IMG/VR virus record: IMGVR_UViG_3300027413_000002
Length of the DNA stretch: 64,000 bases
Reading direction: 5' to 3' (one strand)
DNA from: a virus
Part shown: piece after piece, positions 56,593-64,000 of the stretch
How positions within the stretch are numbered: position 1 is the first letter of the stretch
How the letters are laid out: each line of letters begins with the position of its first letter
Translations under genes and position numbers: made by a program
The notes under the pieces: model-generated
Told to the model about the DNA's origin: nothing
Seen by the model: the letters and a program-made list of their open reading frames with translations, nothing else
Database searches by the model: none

Positions 56593-58197
56593 TTAAAAGT
56601 TAAATACCACTTTAAGCGTTTCTACCTGATTTTCATCGCGAGTGATAGGTCTACGATTGTCGATATACAGGATTTCGCCAGAGTGATTACTGATTTCTGG
56701 ATTCACTAAACTATTTATAGTCATTCCTGTATCACCTGTGGTGACATTTGTAAATGTTGATGAGGCTGAGATTCCAGGAAACTTCTCTAGGAGGTAGACA
56801 GTATCCTTGGTTCCATTACCAGTCGTGTCAATACTTTGAATTACATCAAATTGCCCACCGTCGTCAGTAGTGAGTGTGTCATCAAGGTTAAATTTACTCA
56901 CATTACCAGAACTAATTGTTACAACGTGGCAGGGCGTACCGATAGAATCAGTGAATGTACCTGTTTCTGTATAGTTATGCATATTCTTAATGATACCAAC
57001 CTGACGGAATTCGTTGTCAACTATAATATCGTTATCATCACTTGTAAACGAAGTTGTAACACCAACATTTTTAGCGAACAATTCTCTGGGTGGGTTGCCC
57101 CCGTGACCAGAGTTTGGCGAAACAATTGGTCTCAATGACGCGCCTGTTCCAGAGCCAACAGTCTGCCCGATCTCAAGTTCAACGAAAGTATAATTATCCC
57201 CAGGATTTGTGACTGCGACGCCAGTAATCGTTCCAGCTGCATTGACAGTAGCGGATGCAGTTGCTCCAGTTCCATCGCCTTTTACGGTGATTGTGACATC
57301 TCCCTCCACATAGTCGACACCACCATTGGTGACAACAATACGGTCAAGAGTGCCCTTGACTGCTGCAGCCTCTACGGATGATTGTAAGGATGGTGTTTCA
57401 GTAGATCCAAGAGTTGCAGTAGCTGTAGCACCTGTACCGCCACCACCAGTCAGCTTTACGAATGCAAAGGAGTATCCTCTGCCCTCGCTGGTAATCGTAA
57501 TCGAGGAAACAGCATTACCAGTAAGAGTTGCTGTTGCTACCGCGCCAGTACCGTCTCCCTCAATAACAACTGTCGGAGCAGAGGTATAACCAGATCCACC
57601 AGCAGTAACAGCAATGCTATCTAATTCTCCGTTCACATCAAATGCAGGGTTGCCCGCACCAGAAACTTTACGAACAGGAATAAAGTTCGTGTTCAAAAAC
57701 TTTGTTCTGTCAGCTGCACCAACTTGGAACATAAACTTCCAAGTATAACCGTCATCAAGTTTGAACATATCTGTAGACGTAGATGTCGGTTTAACAGTAC
57801 TTTGCCCGTCATTATTATTCTCGATACACTTGTATACATTAAATTCGTCAGTTATTACATAAAACTGTGCTTCTGACAGATTAGTCGCCCCACTATAAGC
57901 AGGATGACCTGTTGCATACTCATCATCGTATTGGTCGTAAACTGTTCCAGTAGTCCAATTATACCTCGGAGCAAGTAGAACTGCGTCTGAAGCCTGAATG
58001 CGTTTGACGAACAACATATCTCGACGGTATTGAGACTGATAATATTGAGAATCACGAGGAGTTTCAGGTGTGGTTTCATCTACCCACGCCCGTGCTCTCG
58101 AAGCAAACATATAGAAGAAGTCGTTCTCATTAAAGATATCTCTATAAAAAGAACGAGCGTTTTCTATTCTTGCAGCTTTCCTTAATAACAGTGCCAT
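56593..58197 (-). CDS. 8: Baseplate wedge gp8
   Basis: PRYNWTTG.VYD.Y, FNVYKC, DGYTWKFM, GHG, FRQVGI, SGEILYIDNR.PI.R...Q.E..K.V..F. Confidence 0.9.
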   Translation of the reverse strand: MALLLRKAARIENARSFYRDIFNENDFFYMFASRARAWVDETTPETPRDSQYYQSQYRRDMLFVKRIQASDAVLLAPRYNWTTGTVYDQYDDEYATGHPAYSGATNLSEAQFYVITDEFNVYKCIENNNDGQSTVKPTSTSTDMFKLDDGYTWKFMFQVGAADRTKFLNTNFIPVRKVSGAGNPAFDVNGELDSIAVTAGGSGYTSAPTVVIEGDGTGAVATATLTGNAVSSITITSEGRGYSFAFVKLTGGGGTGATATATLGSTETPSLQSSVEAAAVKGTLDRIVVTNGGVDYVEGDVTITVKGDGTGATASATVNAAGTITGVAVTNPGDNYTFVELEIGQTVGSGTGASLRPIVSPNSGHGGNPPRELFAKNVGVTTSFTSDDNDIIVDNEFRQVGIIKNMHNYTETGTFTDSIGTPCHVVTISSGNVSKFNLDDTLTTDDGGQFDVIQSIDTTGNGTKDTVYLLEKFPGISASSTFTNVTTGDTGMTINSLVNPEISNHSGEILYIDNRRPITRDENQVETLKVVFNF

Positions 58198-58219
58198 TTC
58201 TAACTCCTATATGTTAGGT

Positions 58220-58681
58220 TTAGGTGTCAGAAACAGTCAACGTCCAAGTGATTTTAAGTGTATCAGCAGCACCTTTGTTCACAACAGAAAAGGTTGTGCG
58301 ACAAAGCAGGACTCCACTTGAAGCAGCATTAAACACACCAGCTTCAGTGACAGCACCAGTACCAGTACCAGCTGGGAAGTCGCCAACATATTCAACAGTA
58401 TTAGTTGAAACAGTCTGCGTAGTCAATGCAACACGAGAGGAAGCAATGGCAGTTTCCAGAGTAGTGTTACCTGCAGCTGGGTTAGTTGTACCAGTACCGA
58501 CTTCCATGTGCGACATACGAGTTGGTGGCGAACTATTACCGAGACGATCGGCAATGTGGTTCAGACCAGTGGTCACAACCAAGTTCTTTATAATGTGCTC
58601 TTCTTTCAGGTTGCCCTGTCCGTCGAAAAGCTGGATCTGAACACGCCCCAGCGCATTCATTTTTTCTACATCAAGAATCAT
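58220..58681 (-). CDS. Small virion structural protein
   Basis: KNLVVTTG, EAGVFNA, RTTFSVVNK, ITWT; own late promoter at 58719. Confidence 0.65.
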   Translation of the reverse strand: MILDVEKMNALGRVQIQLFDGQGNLKEEHIIKNLVVTTGLNHIADRLGNSSPPTRMSHMEVGTGTTNPAAGNTTLETAIASSRVALTTQTVSTNTVEYVGDFPAGTGTGAVTEAGVFNAASSGVLLCRTTFSVVNKGAADTLKITWTLTVSDT

Positions 58682-58743
58682 TGTTTTCTCCTAGTTGATG
58701 TCTGTATTATTTGTTTTGTATTTATAACGATTGTTTATCTAAG

Positions 58744-61700
58744 TTAGGAAATAGTTCTAACTTCGCCAACATAATCTTCGGCAAAGTAATCTCCAGCATA
58801 ATTCTGTGCAATAATCTGCCCAGCCTCGCCCCAACCTGCACTGTCAGTTTGTGCTCCTGTAAATAACAACACGTTTGATTCGTCAACAGTTGGGTCATCA
58901 GTTACCGCATTACCTGCATCCTTGGCGACTGCCTCTGACAAATCGATTGAATCTGTCTTTGCAAGTCCTGGAGCCAGAGAAATAATTTGTGACCAATCTA
59001 CTTCATCAGTCTTATTTAGTTCTATCACAAAGGTGACAGTTTCTGCCCAATCTACACTATCAATTGGTTCTCTTAGAATTACAAGTAAGAGGACAACAAG
59101 TTCAGACCAATCAACCGAATCAGCGACAGCTGGTAAGTGACTTTCTTTAGCAACAGCCTCAGACCAATCAACAGAGTCAGTTTTCGCCATAGTGACATCA
59201 AACTTGTCAACTGCATCAATGGCTGATACGGATTCAACCTTACCAAGATGTGGGAACAACAAGATTGTATCATCAGATGCACCTGTTCTCTGATCAGACC
59301 AATCCACAGAATCAGTGATTGCTGGTTTGTGGAAGAACAAGACTGGAGCATCCTGAATAAGTGGAGTCTCAACTTCAGCAAATAAGCGGAATACAATCAC
59401 GTCTGGTAGGGCATTGAAGTCTGCGCCCATATCGACCGTTTGGTTGATTTGCAGGTCAGTCCATGCAATCATACCAGCAGGGTGAGCAATTCGATCTAGT
59501 AACTCGCCCCATTCTGTCTTGGGTCGGGAAGTCTTAATCTGATACGAGAAGTTCTGGTATACAGCATTATCTTGAATCTTGTTTGCATCAGAAAGGAATC
59601 CACGAGAGTTCTTGAAGTTTCCTGGATATGTGTGTGAGAAACCAGTTGCACAAGTAATTGTTGATGTTTCATTCGTTGCTGAACGAAGAATAAAATCGAA
59701 AGATGCTCTTTGGAAACCAGTACCTGTTGAGATTACTTCGACAACAGTCGGGTAATTACTCGTATCCAGAGTCTTAACTCTAACCAGCGCATTATTATCA
59801 ATACCAGTGAGGGTATAGTCACCAGCAAAATAGTCAATGGCATACACACCGAGGATGTCACCAGTCTCAGAAACCTTAAATGTTTCACCAACAACAAACC
59901 CGCCATTGGCTGCAGCTGAATTAGTTTTTAGCGCAACAGAATTTAGAACTCTTGTCAGGAATGCAGTTTTATTGTCAATAACGTCTGTAGCACCTTCAAG
60001 ACCGATCCAAGAACGAACAAGATCAGTATTCAGAATTAGGGTAGGGACATTATTGTAACCAACACCTTGCACATTATTGACAAACACTGTATTAGAAATC
60101 GAGCCGCTCGTCAATCTAGTATCAATAACTGCGGTTGTAGAGATTGTGTCAGCACCATTAGGTTGCACAATAACAGAAGGGTTGGCTGAATAACCAGCAC
60201 CGCCATCAGAAATCGTTACTGAGAAGATCTTACCCTCTGTAATAGTTGCGACCTTGAAGGTCAGAGCAGCACCACCGCCACTTCCAAGCTGTGCGTCTTG
60301 GACTGTAATGGTTTCGTCTGGTGCATAGTTATTACCAACTGTTGTGACTGACACTGCAGCTGCACCAGATCCATTTACAACAATACTAAATGCTGCACCA
60401 GTACCATTTCCGCTCGTAGTAAATGTTGTTACAGCATAAGTTCCTGCCGTTCTAAGTGCATCGGCTGCACCGATCGTTCCAACAGTCGCGATCTTACCGC
60501 CAATAACCGCAGTCAATGAACCCTCAACACCCTGTCCTGGAATTATTGTATCTCCAGCAAGATCTAGAGTCATTTCAAATGCAGCTGGTGCGCTATATGC
60601 AATCTGTTTAACACGTGTAACAGAGCTGTTGATCACCTTTCTTACGGTAATAGATGCTGTGGATTCATAATAATGAACATCAACACGCCTACCTCTAAGG
60701 CTGAGAGGATCTGGAACTGGGGATGTTTCTGTATTAGCGTATGCCTTGATGGTCAACTCTTTGTTATAGATACCATCGGAAGGTCGAAGGATAAACTCAG
60801 ATGGAAGGAATACTTCAACATCCTCGTTATACATCAACTTAAAGAATTCTTCAACACCTCTCCTTGAACCTTTAGCTTCAAAAAATTGAGAGATGTTTTT
60901 AATTAATAATCTTTTGTCTACCAAAGCAGTCTGCGGGAAATCGATCGCATATTGTTGCAGCATTGGTTCTAAGAAATCGGGATCGTTGTGATCAAGATTT
61001 ATCTTGTCAATCATCTCTTGGAGGAGGTGATTCGGACTATATAATGCTTCACCATTAGTAATGTTTAAATCATGGTACTCCTCATGACTGAGATCTTGAA
61101 ACGCATAATAATCTTTAATGAATCTGGCGAAATTTGGATATTCATCGCTGATAAAATCGGGAATCTGGCTGTCAGTGATGTAGCGCATGCTGTCGTGATA
61201 ATATCCAGGAGCGCGAGCAATCGTCTGAAGAACTGGCGTCAGGATAGCACCATTACCGCCACCAATATTTTGAGCAACCGTGAAGGTCATATCTGGAGCA
61301 TTATCCACACCACCGATAGAGGTATCAGTAATTGTGACAGTTTCGCCTTCCATATAGGAAGAACCAGAAGTTATAACATCTACAGAAGTGACAGCACCAT
61401 TAGAGTCAACAACAACATTAGCAGTTGCCCCTGTGCCTGCTTTCATAGATTGTATGGCAATGTTTGGGTATGACCCAGCTTGCCTTCTAGTATCAGCAGT
61501 CGTGGTATTTGTTAGAGATGCAGTCCCAATTCCGATACCAGATCGTATATAGACCTGATGGAGAATATTACCATTCCCGTATCCATCACCGACCTCAGTC
61601 ATAGTGATAGATGCGATACTACCATTTTGAATATCTAATGTGGCGACTGCTTGTATTTGATCAGACTCGGGAGATCCTTTAGGCGCAGAGATAAAAATCT

Positions 61701-61794
61701 CAGTCTCTGATGGAATCGATGAATAGTTACCGCCTGCGTTGGTAATAGTTATCGATTCAATAAATCTCTTAAACTTTGGGGCTGATCTAGCCAT
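58744..61794 (-). CDS. 7: Baseplate wedge initiator gp7-like
   Basis: QIPDFI..EYP.F..FIK.YY, LIKNI..F..AKGS, IQD..VYQNFSYQI, HPAG; lies between gp6 and gp8. Confidence 0.8.
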   Translation of the reverse strand: MARSAPKFKRFIESITITNAGGNYSSIPSETEIFISAPKGSPESDQIQAVATLDIQNGSIASITMTEVGDGYGNGNILHQVYIRSGIGIGTASLTNTTTADTRRQAGSYPNIAIQSMKAGTGATANVVVDSNGAVTSVDVITSGSSYMEGETVTITDTSIGGVDNAPDMTFTVAQNIGGGNGAILTPVLQTIARAPGYYHDSMRYITDSQIPDFISDEYPNFARFIKDYYAFQDLSHEEYHDLNITNGEALYSPNHLLQEMIDKINLDHNDPDFLEPMLQQYAIDFPQTALVDKRLLIKNISQFFEAKGSRRGVEEFFKLMYNEDVEVFLPSEFILRPSDGIYNKELTIKAYANTETSPVPDPLSLRGRRVDVHYYESTASITVRKVINSSVTRVKQIAYSAPAAFEMTLDLAGDTIIPGQGVEGSLTAVIGGKIATVGTIGAADALRTAGTYAVTTFTTSGNGTGAAFSIVVNGSGAAAVSVTTVGNNYAPDETITVQDAQLGSGGGAALTFKVATITEGKIFSVTISDGGAGYSANPSVIVQPNGADTISTTAVIDTRLTSGSISNTVFVNNVQGVGYNNVPTLILNTDLVRSWIGLEGATDVIDNKTAFLTRVLNSVALKTNSAAANGGFVVGETFKVSETGDILGVYAIDYFAGDYTLTGIDNNALVRVKTLDTSNYPTVVEVISTGTGFQRASFDFILRSATNETSTITCATGFSHTYPGNFKNSRGFLSDANKIQDNAVYQNFSYQIKTSRPKTEWGELLDRIAHPAGMIAWTDLQINQTVDMGADFNALPDVIVFRLFAEVETPLIQDAPVLFFHKPAITDSVDWSDQRTGASDDTILLFPHLGKVESVSAIDAVDKFDVTMAKTDSVDWSEAVAKESHLPAVADSVDWSELVVLLLVILREPIDSVDWAETVTFVIELNKTDEVDWSQIISLAPGLAKTDSIDLSEAVAKDAGNAVTDDPTVDESNVLLFTGAQTDSAGWGEAGQIIAQNYAGDYFAEDYVGEVRTIS

Positions 61795-61796
61795 AT

Positions 61797-63716
61797 TTAA
61801 CTATCCGATACTCTAGCAGTTAGACTTACTTTTGTTCCAGCTCTAACATTATTTGGAATGTCAGCAGTAGAAGTGTTTTGTGCCAAGATATAATTTTTAG
61901 ATGGTTTGGCGATAACTGCCGCGCCTGTTTCGCTTGTGTCAGAAGTCCTTTGTAGGATATCTGTTTTAATATCTTTGGAACTTTCGTGTGGTTGACAAGA
62001 AACATTTAATGTTGTTGTTGAACCTTGAATAGAAGATACTTGTAATGAATTTAACACAATCAATCCTGTGTCATAGTCGATAGTTCCTGCATTTGCATCA
62101 ACGATAACATTTTTATCAGAAGTTTTGAGTTGTATCACACCCTTTCCGCTATATGCGGGAGCGATAACACCTTCATCGGGGACATCTGTGATATAAACTG
62201 AATATGTCGCTCTGTTTATTAGCGCATTAAAATAAACACTCGACACAGAATATGGTTGAATCTTATTATTGAATGGAAGTTCATACCTAACAATAGAATT
62301 AATCGTAGGAACAACTCTTTTCTGTAATGATATTTCTAAGTTGACCGCAATAAATGATTTAGACAAATTCACTATTCTTGAAGAAAGAACTGAATAATAG
62401 AAGTTCTTATCCAAAGAATTGAGTTGTGTATCGAAATAATTTGTCAACTCAGTATTCACTTCAGATTGCAGTGCGCCTTCAGTGAACGTGGTGTTTTTAG
62501 AATCATAGAGAACGCCCACATTCAATCCGATGTATGTAAATTCAGGATCCACAAACTCTGCGGTTATTGACACAGGCTGTCTTGGAACGATAGTCTCGCG
62601 GAGCAAGGTATCTTTATCATCTTGCGTGATAACCAATCCTGGTCTTGCCTGTAGAGAGATAAATACTTTCCCATAAATCGGGGGAGTATTATCTTCACCA
62701 CCCCAAACCGCAACAGACTTAACATTTGGGTTTGCTGAAAGAATTAATGCTCTATAATCATTGGTTGTCACTGCTCTATTTTTAGTAGCATTAAACCTTG
62801 GAGCGTTGAACCGAATACTGTCAACGCTTTCTTGAGAAGAACCACCAGAAGATTCTGACACCAATGACAAGGAAATGCTTTCTCCTGAACCAATAAACAC
62901 ACTCGGAGGAGTGAATGATTTGATTCCATTTGCTGCTGGTCCAGATGCTGCAATATAATTCAATCTGACAATATTACCAGAAGACAACTTCTTACCAACA
63001 ACACCATCACCAAATCTAACTTCATATTGACCGTTGAGAGATTCCTCGACAAAGAATACATTAGAGGTAGACTTAACATCAAGAATATTATCTGAGAAAG
63101 TGAATGTTGTTGATGACGTATCTGCTATACTTTCTTGAACACTGACGGTCAACGTAGTCGTATCAACAGCTGGATTAGCCATCAGTACTGGTCCAGACAA
63201 GGTGTTGACATCAACAATTTCAGAATTGTCTACACGAATCCCTTCGACCATTCTAACATTTGTGAAATAAAACCCATCCACACCAGAAACATTTGTCTTT
63301 GTTACTGTGTAATCCTTATCAGGATAAAACTTAAATGTTCTGCCACCTGAAGAAGAAGTAAATGCTTTCTCTTTGGTCAATGTAAACGACCCGTTCGTGT
63401 ATGACGCTGGGATGTTTGTTATAGTTAAATTCACAACAGCAGCTGAAGCACGTGCCGATCTTGCAGTATATCCCATTGTCTTTGCAATCGAGGCAACTGA
63501 GTTTCGTTTCACAGCAGAATCAAGGAATGCTTCGTTGGCAACCATATGTGCCAAGAATGCATTGTATTGAGTGTTATATGCCAGAAGATCAATCAAAACA
63601 GAAAGACCAGATGCCTCAAAGTCATAATCAGAATACTGTGACTGATCAGACAAGAAAGTCTTCAAGTTGGTTTTGATTTGCTCAAATTCAAGTTCTGTAA
63701 GTTTTCTTACTGCCAT
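61797..63716 (-). CDS. 6: Baseplate wedge gp6
   Basis: IKTNLK.FL, DYDFEASGLS.LIDLLAYN, ANEAFLDSA, RAVT..DY, WGGEDN.PP.YGKVF, GTIDY.TG. Confidence 0.95.
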   Translation of the reverse strand: MAVRKLTELEFEQIKTNLKTFLSDQSQYSDYDFEASGLSVLIDLLAYNTQYNAFLAHMVANEAFLDSAVKRNSVASIAKTMGYTARSARASAAVVNLTITNIPASYTNGSFTLTKEKAFTSSSGGRTFKFYPDKDYTVTKTNVSGVDGFYFTNVRMVEGIRVDNSEIVDVNTLSGPVLMANPAVDTTTLTVSVQESIADTSSTTFTFSDNILDVKSTSNVFFVEESLNGQYEVRFGDGVVGKKLSSGNIVRLNYIAASGPAANGIKSFTPPSVFIGSGESISLSLVSESSGGSSQESVDSIRFNAPRFNATKNRAVTTNDYRALILSANPNVKSVAVWGGEDNTPPIYGKVFISLQARPGLVITQDDKDTLLRETIVPRQPVSITAEFVDPEFTYIGLNVGVLYDSKNTTFTEGALQSEVNTELTNYFDTQLNSLDKNFYYSVLSSRIVNLSKSFIAVNLEISLQKRVVPTINSIVRYELPFNNKIQPYSVSSVYFNALINRATYSVYITDVPDEGVIAPAYSGKGVIQLKTSDKNVIVDANAGTIDYDTGLIVLNSLQVSSIQGSTTTLNVSCQPHESSKDIKTDILQRTSDTSETGAAVIAKPSKNYILAQNTSTADIPNNVRAGTKVSLTARVSDS

Positions 63717-63738
63717 TTTAGGTCTCTTTTTTCTTTAT

Positions 63739-64000
63739 TTATGCTCCGACAGAGACTGTTCCTGTCGCGCCAGTTATAAGTCCAGGACACGATACTGCCG
63801 CGCCTTGATATGCTAATGGTTTTCCACCGACCGTCACAGTTGTGCTTCCAGAAGTTACTTTCTGACTTCCAACACCACCATGTGCAACACAACTCCCCGA
63901 TACTAATATAGTATGGTCTGTAAGTATACTACCAACAACTGCAGCAGGACTTCCCTGAATGGTAACACCTGCAGCAAGTTCAGTGTTTGCTACCAAGTAT
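63739..64000 (-). CDS. PAAR spike-tip protein (gp5.4-like), 5' end probably outside the window
   Basis: GSPAAVVG, DH, CVAH, GSTTVTVGGKPLA, terminal Cys; the frame is open to the edge. Confidence 0.75.
   Translation of the reverse strand, partial: YLVANTELAAGVTIQGSPAAVVGSILTDHTILVSGSCVAHGGVGSQKVTSGSTTVTVGGKPLAYQGAAVSCPGLITGATGTVSVGA

Noticed and set aside
1-64000. tRNAs, rRNA, introns, inteins, homing endonucleases, recoded stop codons
   Set aside because: None were recognised. Intergenic gaps are short, and core genes (gp17, gp20, gp23, gp46, uvsW) have normal lengths in the standard code. A tRNAscan/Infernal run would confirm.

Overview
This window is a 64-kb core segment of a T4-like (Tevenvirinae/Kyanoviridae-like) myovirus, probably marine. 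It has no photosynthesis genes, and its IscA, Hsp20 and peroxiredoxin look proteobacterial, so the host is probably a heterotrophic proteobacterium (inference). Almost all genes lie on the - strand. In transcription order (right to left) they are: PAAR, baseplate gp6/gp7/gp8, a VrlC/DUF4815-like protein, fibre-like proteins, neck gp13/14/15, terminase gp16/17, sheath, tube, portal, protease, scaffold, major capsid, gp3, uvsY, uvsW, gp55, gp47/46, peptide deformylase, a CobT/CobS-like VWA-AAA pair, gp45/44/62, regA, hsp20 and DNA polymerase gp43. gp43 runs off the left end and is missing from the ORF track. T4 late promoters (TATAAATA) and sigma70-type promoters (TTGAC[AT]-N17-[TCG]ATAAT) can be read directly. 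The main non-core elements are: (1) a 7-kb enzyme island (41.2-48.2 kb) of glycosyltransferases, a cytidylyltransferase, a desaturase, a degenerate radical-SAM/SPASM domain, a methyltransferase-like protein and an oxygenase, convergent on a virion protein with a symmetric YxG-repeat hairpin, which is a candidate virion-decoration system; (2) a coupled GT2-FabF-desaturase-GNAT cassette; (3) redox or oxygenase genes inserted at every junction of the gp45-44-62-regA operon, with H-x-N metal motifs in the inserted TauD-like enzyme and in the island oxygenase; (4) a His-rich, probably protease-processed head polyprotein; (5) a ROSE-like thermometer and a strong antisense promoter. Calls come from motif recognition and synteny only; no database searches were run.
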